Below are positions 37,811 to 48,717 of a stretch of 64,000 bases of DNA, piece by piece. This stretch comes from Treponema sp. (GTDB taxonomy: Bacteria; Spirochaetota; Spirochaetia; Treponematales; Treponemataceae), in the NCBI GenBank assembly GCA_045627625.1, contig JAZQOB010000124.1:1505-65504 (forward strand), read 5' to 3'. The notes beneath the pieces are model-generated. The model was not told where the DNA came from, ran no database searches, and saw nothing but the letters and a program-made list of their open reading frames with translations. The translations under genes and the position numbers were made by a program. Within the stretch, counting starts at the first letter, position 1; each line of letters opens with the position of its first letter.

Positions 37811-38941
37811 TTATACATTGAACTTGAAGAATAAAACATCTCCATCCTGAACAACATATTCTTTTCCTTCCTGGCGATATTTACCGGCAGCTTTAATTGC
37901 AGCTTCATCACCATACTTACGCAAATCATCGATTGTGTAAGCTTCTGCTTTAATAAAGCCTTTTTCAAAGTCGGTATGGATTACACCAGCAGCTTTTGGA
38001 GCTTTATCACCGGCATGAATTGTCCATGCTCTACATTCATCTGGACCACCAGTGAAGTATGTTCTAAGACCCATCAAGTGATAAGTTTTTCTAGCCAAAA
38101 CTGAAAGACCACTTTCTGTAAGACCAACACTTTCCATAAAGTCTTTGCGGTCAGCAGGATCTTCAATTTCTGCAAGGTCAGCTTCGAACTTACCGCAGAT
38201 AACAACAACTTCAGAATTTTCTTCAGAAGCATATTTTTTTACGATTTCAACATAATCATTTGTCTGTGCTTCGATTGAATCTTCATCAACATTTGCAACA
38301 TAGATAGTTGGCTTCATAGAAAGAAGGAACATATCGTAAATAGCAGCTTTTTCATCGTCAGTTAAATCTGCTGTGTGGGCACATTTTCCGTCAAGCAACA
38401 AAGGTTTAATTTTTGCAACTGCAGAATTAAAAGGAGCCAGCTGTTTTTCAGCGTCTTTTCCCAAGGCACGAACAGTTTTAATATTTTTTTCTTCCCGCTT
38501 TGTAATTGTATCCAGGTCGGCCTGACATAATTCCCAGTTGATTGTAAGAATGTCGCTTTCTGGATCAATAGGAGCGGCTTCGTTTGCATTGTCGCGAACA
38601 TGCATAATGTCTGGATTGTCAAAACATCTTACAACATGAGCAATTACAGAACATTCACGAATGTTAGCAAGGAATTTATTTCCAAGACCTTCACCCTGAG
38701 AAGCCCCTTTAATCAAACCTGCAATATCAACGAATTTTACAGAAGCAGGAGTCTTCTTTTTTGGGTTATGTTTGCTTGCAAGAAAATCAAGTCTTTCATC
38801 TGGTAAATCAACGATACCAACGTTTGGATCGATTGTACAGAAAGGGAAGTTCTCTGCCGCAGCAGGAGCCGCAGTCAAAGCCGAAAAGATTGTAGACTTA
38901 CCAACATTTGGAAGTCCAACGATACCACATTCAAGAGCCAT
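37811..38941 (-). CDS. ychF: Ribosome-binding ATPase YchF
   Basis: GIVGLPNVGKST, DIAGL, GLGNKFL and YVVQDGD. Confidence 0.97.
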   Translation of the reverse strand: MALECGIVGLPNVGKSTIFSALTAAPAAAENFPFCTIDPNVGIVDLPDERLDFLASKHNPKKKTPASVKFVDIAGLIKGASQGEGLGNKFLANIRECSVIAHVVRCFDNPDIMHVRDNANEAAPIDPESDILTINWELCQADLDTITKREEKNIKTVRALGKDAEKQLAPFNSAVAKIKPLLLDGKCAHTADLTDDEKAAIYDMFLLSMKPTIYVANVDEDSIEAQTNDYVEIVKKYASEENSEVVVICGKFEADLAEIEDPADRKDFMESVGLTESGLSVLARKTYHLMGLRTYFTGGPDECRAWTIHAGDKAPKAAGVIHTDFEKGFIKAEAYTIDDLRKYGDEAAIKAAGKYRQEGKEYVVQDGDVLFFKFNV

Positions 38942-38963
38942 TTTTATATCCTTAAAATTATAT

Positions 38964-39206
38964 TTATTTTTCCATTACAGCTTTTGCAAGTTGATCTGCA
39001 CAGCTGGTACTTTTAAATCCACAAGTATTGCCTGCAAGTTTAGCCGCAATGTCTTCAGCCTTCATGCCGTCACAAAGTTTAGAAATTGCTTTAAGATTAC
39101 CGTTGCAGCCACCTTCAAAAGAGATGTTAGTGATTGTGCCATCATCATTTTTTGTAAAGTGAATAACCTGAGCACAAGTGCCTTTTGTTTTGAATGAAAT
39201 TTCCAT
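38964..39206 (-). CDS. TSCPD-domain (TIGR03905-type) small protein
   Basis: KGTC, GGCNGNL and CGFKSTSCADQL. Confidence 0.88.
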   Translation of the reverse strand: MEISFKTKGTCAQVIHFTKNDDGTITNISFEGGCNGNLKAISKLCDGMKAEDIAAKLAGNTCGFKSTSCADQLAKAVMEK

Positions 39207-39267
39207 ATTATCCTCTATATATAATATTATAGATATAGAAGAGTTTTCGCAATATTAGAAAGGAAAA

Positions 39268-40644
39268 TTAAATGCCTTCAAGTTCTTCAAAATTGTCGGA
39301 AAGGTCTTTAAATGTTTCTTCAATAACATCATCAGCAGAAAAATGAACCTGATTATAGTAGTAATCGTTGTATTTACTCAAAACACTGCTGAAGTTTGCC
39401 TGTAAAAGTTTTTGCAGAGTAGCCTGTTCCAGAAGAATATCATCGTAATTAGCTTTGAGGATTTCGTAAATTTCAGAATCCAGTTCACCATTTTCTGTCA
39501 TTTTTCCAAGCAAAGAAAGAGTGGCATTTTTATCAAGACCAACATGATAAGAACGGCTCTGACTTAAGGCACTGGTAATATCCGAAATAGTAAGAATTCT
39601 CTGAATTGTATTCAGCTGGTCTCCTGTCAGATGATTTGGATAACCGCTACCGTTGAGCTTTTCGTGATGAGAACAAACAGTTTCGAGAATTTTAGGATCA
39701 ACAAGATCTTTAAGAACACTTTTTGAGTGATTAATATGACTTTTCATAAGGTTCATTTGTTCTGGAGACAAAAGACCATGATATTCAAGAATTCTCTGAG
39801 GAATACCAATTTTTCCAACATCGTGAAGGAAGGCACTGGTAAACAAAATATTCATCTCGTCTTCTGATAAATTCATTCTGTTGGAAAGAGAATGAGCAAT
39901 ACAGGCAGTTTCGATAGAATGCTTAAGGGTAGAAGTACTTTTAAAATCAAGAAAATAAACTAAAAGCTTAATGAATTTAATGGCTTCTTCATCAGTCATC
40001 TGGATGTCTTGAATATATTCATTGATTTTACTTCTGTAAGAATTGTCCCGCACAGACTGAACAATATGATTATCAGAATTCACTTTATTGAAGAGTTCAA
40101 CAAATTCAGGATCAAGTTTGCCTTTTGCAAGAGAGTGGAGATCTTCTGGAAGTTCCTGATCCGGATTATTGTCCAGGTAGTCACTAATTCTTGCTGCAAG
40201 ATAAATGATAGAACGGTATTCAGTCTGATATACAGCTGCCTTCATAATTTCGTCATAATCCTGAGTAAAGGTTTCGATGGCAATAGAATCCCGCTGTAAA
40301 GGAGTCATGTATTCCAAATAGTAGCAGCTGTACATGTATTTGCTTTCGATAGTTTTATCCTGAGAAAAATAGTCGATGGAACTATCAAAAGGATTGTATT
40401 CCTGATTAATAATGTCGTTGGAAAAAAAGCCAATAGTGTGGAAAAGAGAAAGGAGAACAAGATTACGCTGATTACATTTCTCAGAATTAAACTTTCGGTT
40501 TCTGCTTAATTCATATGCAATGTAAGCAGTCTGTTCGTTGTGGCGGACAATTGACTGATTGATTTTGTAGAGCATTCTGTTAGCAATGAGAATAATATTC
40601 CCTGGTTTCAGAATGTTCTGCGGTCTAAATAATACCTTTTCCAT
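39268..40644 (-). CDS. HD-GYP cyclic dinucleotide phosphodiesterase (tandem HD, first degenerate)
   Basis: LHDVGK and HHEKLNGSGYP; degenerate N-terminal LFHTIG. Confidence 0.85.
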   Translation of the reverse strand: MEKVLFRPQNILKPGNIILIANRMLYKINQSIVRHNEQTAYIAYELSRNRKFNSEKCNQRNLVLLSLFHTIGFFSNDIINQEYNPFDSSIDYFSQDKTIESKYMYSCYYLEYMTPLQRDSIAIETFTQDYDEIMKAAVYQTEYRSIIYLAARISDYLDNNPDQELPEDLHSLAKGKLDPEFVELFNKVNSDNHIVQSVRDNSYRSKINEYIQDIQMTDEEAIKFIKLLVYFLDFKSTSTLKHSIETACIAHSLSNRMNLSEDEMNILFTSAFLHDVGKIGIPQRILEYHGLLSPEQMNLMKSHINHSKSVLKDLVDPKILETVCSHHEKLNGSGYPNHLTGDQLNTIQRILTISDITSALSQSRSYHVGLDKNATLSLLGKMTENGELDSEIYEILKANYDDILLEQATLQKLLQANFSSVLSKYNDYYYNQVHFSADDVIEETFKDLSDNFEELEGI

Positions 40645-40715
40645 TGTTAAAACTTTTTGTTATATATTTTGAGTATAACAGAAAAATATAACAATGGAAA
40701 CACAAAGGGCTTATT

Positions 40716-41630
40716 TTAGTTAGGAATTAATCGGTTGAGAGTGATATCCCGCTGACGCCAGTTTTTATCAACTTTAACCTGCAAATCCAAATCGATTTTC
40801 TGGATGTAGATTTCGCTAAGCTTTCTGATAGAAGCCATACGGATTTCCTTGATTTTAGAAGCGCCTTTTCCGATTACAATACCTTTCTGGCTGTCTCGTT
40901 CAACGCAGAGGAAGGCACGAATCCAGAGTTTTTTACCTTCGTTGCGGTGTTCGACATCAGCAACATCAACATAAACCGCATGAGGAATTTCCTGTTCCAG
41001 ACGATTAATAGCTTCGCCACGAATAACTTCGCAAACTCTGAATCTCAAATCCTGATCAGTTGCCAGTTCTTCGTCGTACATTGGCATGCCTTCTGGAGCA
41101 ATATCGTAAAGGCCTTTAAGAACTTCGTTAATACCAATGTCCTTTTCTGCAGACATTTCGAAAATTCGTTCAGCAGGAATTTCCTTCAACTGTTCCTGAA
41201 TAAAGGTTCTGACAGGGGCAACTTTAGAAGCTGACAAATCGGTTTTATTGATAGCTACTACAGTTTTAGCCTGAAGCTTTTTCAACAATTCAGCAGTATG
41301 AACTTCTTCTTCTCCAGGTTCGCGAGTAGAGTCAATAACATATAGAACACAATCGATGTCTTCCAGCTGAGTTTCTGTTACATTGCGCAAACGCAAATTC
41401 AATTTTTTTTCAGAATCGTGGTAGCCAGGAGTATCAATAAAAATAAGCTGGCCAAAAGAAGTGTTTACAATTCCTTTAATCGCATTTCGGGTAGTCTGAG
41501 GAATTGGAGAAACAATAGAAATAGGTTCCTGACATGCAGTATTCAAAAAGGTAGATTTACCAGCACTAGGACGCCCAATAATTGCAACAACGCCTGTTTT
41601 TAATGTTTTGTTTTCAGTATTTTCGTTCAT
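40716..41630 (-). CDS. era: GTPase Era
   Basis: GRPSAGKST, QTTR, DTPG, NKTD and KH domain VIGKG. Start placed at MNEN (41630). Confidence 0.96.
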   Translation of the reverse strand: MNENTENKTLKTGVVAIIGRPSAGKSTFLNTACQEPISIVSPIPQTTRNAIKGIVNTSFGQLIFIDTPGYHDSEKKLNLRLRNVTETQLEDIDCVLYVIDSTREPGEEEVHTAELLKKLQAKTVVAINKTDLSASKVAPVRTFIQEQLKEIPAERIFEMSAEKDIGINEVLKGLYDIAPEGMPMYDEELATDQDLRFRVCEVIRGEAINRLEQEIPHAVYVDVADVEHRNEGKKLWIRAFLCVERDSQKGIVIGKGASKIKEIRMASIRKLSEIYIQKIDLDLQVKVDKNWRQRDITLNRLIPN

Positions 41631-41673
41631 AGGCCTAGTATAAAGACTTTTAAACTTTTGGAAAAGTAATAAA

Positions 41674-41776
41674 CCCAAAGAGGGAGGAGCCCCTCCCTGC
41701 GCGCCCACTTTGTTGGTCGCTACCCACCCAGCGGGCAAATCTGTACACCATTCGGCCCGCAACGCCCGGAAGGGGG
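41674..41776. other. GC-rich multi-hairpin intergenic element
   Basis: agggagg/cctccct and gcgggc/gcccgc stems in an AT-rich background. Confidence 0.5.
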
Positions 41777-41845
41777 ATTAAGAATGAAAAATTGGGGACA
41801 GAGGAAAAATTTTAATTTTGTGGTAAAATGGGTTCAGGAGCTTTT

Positions 41846-43924
41846 ATGAAAAAGATTTTTATTTTGAGTTTAGTTTTTTTGATGAGTCTTGGGGCTTTTG
41901 GGCAGGAGAGAATGGAGAGGGCCAGAAAGTTCAAGGCGGAAGGAAATTATGTTTATGCTCTGGCAGAAAGCTTTGAATGGTTCAATGGTGACAGAGGAGA
42001 ATTTGCTGAAACCTTTATGGAAGAACTGGCAGATGAGATTAATTCTGGAAATTTTGGAATTGATGCTGAATCGAGGGAAGATGTTTATTCGCTCTGGATG
42101 AAAAACATGGAATACCTTGAAAAGTATTTCACTGAAAATTGTATTTATAACTTTAAACTGCAGAATATTAAAAAAACTGGGAAGGGAAAAAAATCTAACA
42201 CCAGTAAGTTTCAGGTGAGTGTTTGTGCTGAATATACGGAAAAGGCATTGTTCCTGCTGGAAACTTTTAGAGAAGGATATGAAAATGCCTATTCCTGGAA
42301 CTGGAAGACAAGTCTGGACTGGCCTTATGTTTCTTGTTATTCATATGATGGGTACAGTTATTTTGAAAATGGGGCGGCTTTAGTAAACTGCAACGGTAAA
42401 AAACATCTGGCGGCTTTAATGGCTCCTGTTTTGCATTATGAAATCAGCTTTAATCTGGTAAATGGTAAAAAAGAAGTTTTATATTCCAGCGGAAAAGTTT
42501 TGCTTGGTGCGACAATTATTCTTGAACTGGACAATTGCGGCCCCAAAATGGAAAAGGCTTTTGAAGCTGACGGTATTTATATTGTTCCTGTCAGTGTTTC
42601 TTTGATTTATGAGAGTGGCACTGTTGATTATGATATTTCTTGTGTTGAATTTAACGGAATTACTGGAACTGATTTTGCAAAGCGACCATTATTGAAAAGT
42701 GATCCTGTAAAAATCTGGAGTTATATTGATGAAATTCCAAGTTGCGTAGCAAAAGGTTTTGCTAATCGTCCGGATATTGAAATTGAGACTAGTATTATTG
42801 CTCAGCAGAATGGCATGTATATGAATGCGCTGGAGGAGAGTCTTTTAAATAATTCATATGATGCTCCCGATATTTTTGTTATTGAAGATTCGGATTTGGC
42901 AAAGTTTACAAAAACAGAGGCAGATAAATATGTTTTGCCTTTTAGTGCTTTGGGAATTGATGTTGAGAAGGAAGTTCAGGATTCTGAAATTGCTAAATAT
43001 ATAGTAGAAAATGGTTCAAATCGACAGGGGGAATTAGTTTCTCTTGGATATCAGTCTGCTTCGGGGGTATTTATTTATCGTCGTTCTCTGGCAAAAGCTG
43101 TTTTTGGAACTGATGATCCTAAGGTTGTTCAGAAAAAAATTGGTGGTCTTTCGGGAAATTGGGAAGAGTTTTTAAAAGCAGCAGAACTTTGCAAAAAGAA
43201 GGGTATTGCTATTGTTTCCGGTTATGAAGATATGTGGAAACCTTTCTTTTATGATTCGGAGAAACCTTGGGTTGTTGATGGAAGACTTTGTATTTCTGCT
43301 GAACGAGAAGCTTTTATGGATTATGCAAAGTTCTTTGTTGAAAAAAATTATACTATCAATGGAAGACAATGGACTGATACCTGGTTTGCTGCTATGAAAG
43401 GAAAATCGGAAAAACCTGTTTTAGGATTTTTTGGGCCTGCATGGTTTTTGAATTATGTTCTTGCTTTTAACTGTGACGAAACTTATGGGGACTGGGCAAT
43501 CTGTAATGCTCCAGTTGGTTTTGTCTGGGGTGGTGCATGGATTTTTGTTAATAAAGAACTTCCTCAAAAGAGAATTAAAAAAGTTCAGGAAATTATCAGA
43601 TGGATTACTCTTGATTCAACTGAAAACGGACTTTTGTATAAATGGGCAAATGCTATGTATGCTCCTTACAAAGATACTGTTATTTCCCGCAAGGTAATGA
43701 AGAATTCTAAGGCGCCAATTGGATTTATGGCAAATCAGGATATGTTTGAATATTTTGTAGATGCTGAAACTCAAGTAAAGGGGAATAATATTTCGATTTA
43801 TGACGAAATGATTAATTCTATCTGGCTGGAAGAAGTTTCTAATTATGCCTACGGAAGAAAATCTAAGGCGCGGGCAATGGCTGATTTTAAGCAGGCACTT
43901 GCTGACAGATTTAATCTGTTCTAA
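41846..43924 (+). CDS. Secreted protein: unknown N-terminal domain fused to family-1 sugar-binding protein domain
   Basis: Signal peptide; the C-terminal ~400 aa has PDIFVIE, YRRSLAK..GTDDP, FFGPAW and WGG.W. Confidence 0.75.
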   Translation: MKKIFILSLVFLMSLGAFGQERMERARKFKAEGNYVYALAESFEWFNGDRGEFAETFMEELADEINSGNFGIDAESREDVYSLWMKNMEYLEKYFTENCIYNFKLQNIKKTGKGKKSNTSKFQVSVCAEYTEKALFLLETFREGYENAYSWNWKTSLDWPYVSCYSYDGYSYFENGAALVNCNGKKHLAALMAPVLHYEISFNLVNGKKEVLYSSGKVLLGATIILELDNCGPKMEKAFEADGIYIVPVSVSLIYESGTVDYDISCVEFNGITGTDFAKRPLLKSDPVKIWSYIDEIPSCVAKGFANRPDIEIETSIIAQQNGMYMNALEESLLNNSYDAPDIFVIEDSDLAKFTKTEADKYVLPFSALGIDVEKEVQDSEIAKYIVENGSNRQGELVSLGYQSASGVFIYRRSLAKAVFGTDDPKVVQKKIGGLSGNWEEFLKAAELCKKKGIAIVSGYEDMWKPFFYDSEKPWVVDGRLCISAEREAFMDYAKFFVEKNYTINGRQWTDTWFAAMKGKSEKPVLGFFGPAWFLNYVLAFNCDETYGDWAICNAPVGFVWGGAWIFVNKELPQKRIKKVQEIIRWITLDSTENGLLYKWANAMYAPYKDTVISRKVMKNSKAPIGFMANQDMFEYFVDAETQVKGNNISIYDEMINSIWLEEVSNYAYGRKSKARAMADFKQALADRFNLF

Positions 43925-43985
43925 TGAAAATTAGATTTGCCACCTTTGAAATTCCATCTTTTTTGTGGTAATATTCCTCTCAACT

Positions 43986-46118
43986 ATGTGTAATTTTGAG
44001 ACTATGAGTGGGATGCCTCTTGGAATGGGGGCTGTAATTACTTCGGAAGGAGTAAACTTTTCTTTATACAGTAAGGACGCAACTAAAGTGTGGTTGTGTC
44101 TTTTTGAAGACAATTCTGATAAAGGTCCTTCTCAGATTATTGAATTAGATTCTGTAAAAAATAGAACTGGTGATATATGGCATGTTCTCGTTTGCGGGGC
44201 AACTGCCGGAACTTTGTATCTTTTTAAGGTGGATGGACCTTACGAACCTACTAAAGGTTTGCGTTATAATCCAAGTAAGTATCTTTTTGATCCTTATGCA
44301 AAGGCTTTTACTTCTGGTTCTGTTTTCCGTTCATATAATAAATTGCATCAGCAGGGTTTTAAGGCAAATTCTGGTGGTGAACTTCAGGATTTGTCAGATT
44401 TCCCAAAATGTGTTGTTGTTGATGACAGATTTGACTGGGAAGGGGACAGACCTCTTAATTATCCTCTTGAAGATACTGTAATTTACGAAACTCATCTTAA
44501 GGGTTTTACTGCTTCTGCAACTTCGGGAATTGATTCTTCTTGTGCAGGAACTTACAAAGGTTTTACTGAAAAAATTGAATATCTGAAAAATCTTGGAATT
44601 ACTTCGGTTGAACTTCTTCCTGTTTTTGAATTTGATGAAAACGAAAACGGAAATTCCAACCCAAAAACTGGGGATGCACTGGTAAATTACTGGGGTTATT
44701 CAACAATCGGATTCTTTGCACCTAAAACCAGTTATGCGGCAGATAAAAGCCCTTGCGGTCCTGTAAATGAATTCAAGCAGATGGTGAAGGAACTTCATAA
44801 AGCGGGAATCGAAGTGATTCTTGATGTTGTTTACAATCATACTGCAGAAGGAAATGAACACGGTTATACTTTTGAATTCCGTGGACTTCAGAATGATGTT
44901 TATTATTCTTTGCCAATGAATGATAAGCAGTACTACATGAATTTTAGTGGCTGTGGAAACAGTGTGAACTGTAATCATCCTGTAACCTGGCAGTTTATTC
45001 TGGACAGCCTGCGTTACTGGGTTTTGAATATGCATGTAGATGGATTCCGTTTTGACCTTGCTTCTATTTTAACTCGAGGACAGAATGGAGCTCCTATTCC
45101 TTATGATATGCCTTCTTTAACTGCGGCTATCAGCAGTGATCCTGTTCTTTCAAAAACAAAAATTATTGCAGAACCTTGGGATTGTGCGGGACTTTATCAG
45201 CTTGGTGGATTCCCTGGTGGTCCTGAAAGCCGCTGGTCTGAATGGAACGGCCGCTTTAGAGATGATATCCGCCGTTTTATGCGTGGAGACGAAATGGCTT
45301 CCACTGCAGCTGCAACTCGAATTGCGGGAAGTTCAGACTGTTATAATCATGATGGAAAAACTCCTCTGGCTTCAATTAATTTTGTTACTGCTCACGATGG
45401 TTTTACTTTGAACGATTTAGTAAGTTACAACCAGAAGCATAATGAAGAAAATGGAGAACAGAATCGTGATGGTAGTGATGATAATTTAAGTTACAATCAT
45501 GGTTTTGAAGGGGAATGTTCAAATCCTAAAATCGAAAGTGTTCGTCTTAAAACAATAAAAAATTTCCTTTTGTATCTGATGGTTTCTCAGGGAGTTCCAA
45601 TGCTTTTGGGTGGAGACGAAATGCGTCGAACTCAGAACGGAAACAACAATGCATACTGTCAGGATAATGAATTAAGCTGGGTGAACTGGGATCTTGCAAA
45701 GAAGAATGAAAGTCTTGTTCGTTTTACTTCCAAATTAATTGAGTTAAGAAAGGCTCATTCGGTTTTCAGACGAAAAGAATTTTTCCAGACCAGTTACGAT
45801 GGAAGCCTTCTGCCAGAAATCAACTGGTATGATATGAATGCAAAGGTTCCAGATTGGAGCAAAATTAACCGCTTCTTAAGCTTTAAGCTTTCTGGTGGTG
45901 ACAGAGACAATGATTTTTATGTTGCAACAAACATGGATATCTATGATTTGACTATCACTCTTCCTGCATTGCCAGATAATAAAAAGTGGTACAGAGTCTG
46001 CGATACCTGTCTTAATGCTCCTGATGATATTCTGGACTTAGGCAAAGAAGAAGAAATGAATGAACAGCGAAGATATGTTCTGGTTTCTGGTTGTTCTGTC
46101 ATTCTGATGAGCAAATGA
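43986..46118 (+). CDS. glgX: Glycogen debranching enzyme (isoamylase)
   Basis: NYWGY, DVVYNHT, DGFRFDLA, AEPWD and HDGFTL. Start uncertain (43965-44003). Confidence 0.95.
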   Translation: MCNFETMSGMPLGMGAVITSEGVNFSLYSKDATKVWLCLFEDNSDKGPSQIIELDSVKNRTGDIWHVLVCGATAGTLYLFKVDGPYEPTKGLRYNPSKYLFDPYAKAFTSGSVFRSYNKLHQQGFKANSGGELQDLSDFPKCVVVDDRFDWEGDRPLNYPLEDTVIYETHLKGFTASATSGIDSSCAGTYKGFTEKIEYLKNLGITSVELLPVFEFDENENGNSNPKTGDALVNYWGYSTIGFFAPKTSYAADKSPCGPVNEFKQMVKELHKAGIEVILDVVYNHTAEGNEHGYTFEFRGLQNDVYYSLPMNDKQYYMNFSGCGNSVNCNHPVTWQFILDSLRYWVLNMHVDGFRFDLASILTRGQNGAPIPYDMPSLTAAISSDPVLSKTKIIAEPWDCAGLYQLGGFPGGPESRWSEWNGRFRDDIRRFMRGDEMASTAAATRIAGSSDCYNHDGKTPLASINFVTAHDGFTLNDLVSYNQKHNEENGEQNRDGSDDNLSYNHGFEGECSNPKIESVRLKTIKNFLLYLMVSQGVPMLLGGDEMRRTQNGNNNAYCQDNELSWVNWDLAKKNESLVRFTSKLIELRKAHSVFRRKEFFQTSYDGSLLPEINWYDMNAKVPDWSKINRFLSFKLSGGDRDNDFYVATNMDIYDLTITLPALPDNKKWYRVCDTCLNAPDDILDLGKEEEMNEQRRYVLVSGCSVILMSK

Positions 46119-46245
46119 TTCATTTGGGACAGAGGAAAATATTCAAATAATTGAAAGATTAGAAAAAAAACACTATCATATTGAAGTATTTTAATTTCAG
46201 AAAGTAACACATCATTTTTTTTATAAGGGATTGGAGGAATCAATT

Positions 46246-48693
46246 ATGGATTTTGATAAGGAAGAGTTCAAGAAAAAGCTTTCGGATCGTTTAAGAAGAC
46301 AATACGGAAAAGATATTTCTCAGGCTAATAAACATGACCTCTTCGATGCTGTTTCTGCTGCTGCTCGCGAAATGATTATGCCTAACTGGATGGCAACTCG
46401 TGCAGAATATGAAAAGAAACCAACAAAACAGCTTTACTATTTATCTGCTGAATTCCTGATGGGTCGTGCAATGAGCAACAACCTTATTAATGCTGGAATT
46501 AAAGATGCAGTTGAAGAAGTTCTCAAAGACATGAATATCGATTTTGATATGATTGAAGATGAAGAACCAGATGCAGGTTTAGGAAATGGTGGTCTTGGTC
46601 GTCTTGCTGCTTGTTTCCTGGATTCTCTTGCAACTTTGGATTATCCTGGACATGGATACGGTATTCGTTATGAATATGGTATGTTTGAACAGAGAATTCA
46701 GGATGGTTACCAGGTTGAATATCCTGATAACTGGCTTGCTCACCGTGATCCATGGGAAGTTAAGCGTTCAGACCTTGCTGTTACTGTAAAATTTGGTGGA
46801 AACATTGCTTATGGAAAAACACCAGATGGACAGCCTCGTTTCTATATTGAAAATGCAGAAGAAGTAACTGCAACTCCTTGGGATATGCCAATTATTGGTT
46901 TTGATACAAAAACTGTAAATACATTGCGTCTTTGGGAAGCATCTTCTCCAAACGGTTTCGATCTTCAGCTTTTCAACAATATGGATTATAACCGTGCTGT
47001 TGAACGCCAGAATTCTGCTGAAAACATCAGCCGCGTTTTGTATCCAAATGATAACGGTCCTTCTGGAAAGGCTCTTCGTCTTAAACAGCAGTATTTCTTC
47101 AGTTCTGCTTCTTTGCAGGATTTAGTTCGTCACTATGTTGCTGATTACGGTACAGACTTTTCTAAGTTTGCTGATTTACATGTAATTCAGTTGAACGATA
47201 CTCACCCTGTAGTTGCTATTCCTGAACTTATGCGCATCTTGATGGATGATTACAGCATTGGTTGGGATGAAGCTTGGGATATCGTAACTCATACTTTTGC
47301 TTATACAAACCATACAATTCTTGCAGAAGCTTTGGAAAAATGGCCAATTGCAATTTTCCAGGGATTGTTGCCTCGTATTTATCAGATTGTTGAAGAAATC
47401 AACCGTCGTCTTGTTATTGAACTTCGTCAGAAATTCCCTAACGATTACTACAAACATGAACACATGGCTATTATCCATAACAATATGGTTTATATGGCTT
47501 GGATGGCAATTCATGCTTGTTTCTCTGTAAACGGTGTTGCTGCTCTTCATACTGAATTGCTTAAAACTGCTGAACTTAAAGACTGGTATTCAATTTATCC
47601 AGAAAAGTTCAACAACAAAACAAATGGTATTACTCAGCGCCGCTGGTGTTTGAATGCTAACCCAGAACTTTCTAAATTCATTACAGACAGAATTGGTCAT
47701 GGCTGGGAAAAAGATTTGACTAAACTTAAGGGATTGGAAAAATTCCTTGATGATGAAGCATCTTTGAATGAATTGATTCGCATTAAAATGGATAATAAAC
47801 AGGCTCTTGCTGATTATTTGAAACATTCACAGAATGAATTCCTTGATCCAGAATCAATTTTTGATGTTCAGGTTAAGCGTCTCCATGAATACAAACGCCA
47901 GCTTTTGAACATCTTAAATGTAATGTACTTGTACAATAAAATTGTTGAAGATCCTTCTTACAATCCTCCTGCAAGAACATTCATTTTTGGTGCTAAGGCT
48001 GCTTCTGGTTACCGCCGTGCTAAATCAATCATTAAATTGATTAATACAGTTGCTGAAAGAATCAACAATGACCGTCGTGTTCGTGGTTTGCTTAGAGTTG
48101 TATTCGTAGAAAACTATCGTGTATCTGTAGCTGAAAAGATTTTCCCTGCAGCAGATGTTTCTGAACAGATTTCTACAGCAGGTCTTGAAGCTTCTGGTAC
48201 ATCTAACATGAAGTTCATGCTTAATGGTGCTTTGACATTGGGAACAATGGATGGTGCTAACATCGAAATCTTTGAAGAAGCTGGAAAAGAAAACGGCTTT
48301 GTATTTGGTCTTTTGACTGAAGAAATCAAGAAGATGGAAGCTGAACACTCTTATAATCCACAGGAATATCTTGATTGTAATCCTGCTTTGGCAAAAGTTG
48401 TTGAACAGCTTGTTGATGGAACTTATGATCCTACACATCAGTTATTCAAAGAATTGCATGATTCTTTAATTTATGGTGTTGAAGGTCAGAGACCTGATGT
48501 TTACTATGTTCTTGCTGACTTTGAATCATACTGTCAGGCTCGAGAAAGAATTGCAAAAGCTTATGCTGATAAAAAAGGCTGGGCTCGCATGACATTAAAG
48601 AATATTGCTAATTGTGGAAAATTCTCTTCAGACCGTACAATCGAAGATTATGTAAGAGATATCTGGCACTTGAACAAAGTTGTAATTAAATAA
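46246..48693 (+). CDS. glgP: Glycogen/maltodextrin phosphorylase
   Basis: GLGNGGLGRLAACF, KRLHEYKRQ and EASGTSNMK. Confidence 0.97.
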   Translation: MDFDKEEFKKKLSDRLRRQYGKDISQANKHDLFDAVSAAAREMIMPNWMATRAEYEKKPTKQLYYLSAEFLMGRAMSNNLINAGIKDAVEEVLKDMNIDFDMIEDEEPDAGLGNGGLGRLAACFLDSLATLDYPGHGYGIRYEYGMFEQRIQDGYQVEYPDNWLAHRDPWEVKRSDLAVTVKFGGNIAYGKTPDGQPRFYIENAEEVTATPWDMPIIGFDTKTVNTLRLWEASSPNGFDLQLFNNMDYNRAVERQNSAENISRVLYPNDNGPSGKALRLKQQYFFSSASLQDLVRHYVADYGTDFSKFADLHVIQLNDTHPVVAIPELMRILMDDYSIGWDEAWDIVTHTFAYTNHTILAEALEKWPIAIFQGLLPRIYQIVEEINRRLVIELRQKFPNDYYKHEHMAIIHNNMVYMAWMAIHACFSVNGVAALHTELLKTAELKDWYSIYPEKFNNKTNGITQRRWCLNANPELSKFITDRIGHGWEKDLTKLKGLEKFLDDEASLNELIRIKMDNKQALADYLKHSQNEFLDPESIFDVQVKRLHEYKRQLLNILNVMYLYNKIVEDPSYNPPARTFIFGAKAASGYRRAKSIIKLINTVAERINNDRRVRGLLRVVFVENYRVSVAEKIFPAADVSEQISTAGLEASGTSNMKFMLNGALTLGTMDGANIEIFEEAGKENGFVFGLLTEEIKKMEAEHSYNPQEYLDCNPALAKVVEQLVDGTYDPTHQLFKELHDSLIYGVEGQRPDVYYVLADFESYCQARERIAKAYADKKGWARMTLKNIANCGKFSSDRTIEDYVRDIWHLNKVVIK

Positions 48694-48717
48694 ACTGAAA
48701 TAGATTATAAGCTTTGG

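Noticed and set aside
41631-41762. 44-aa N-terminal extension of Era
   Set aside because: It runs through the GC-rich hairpin element from a TTG start; Era homology begins after the ATG at 41630.
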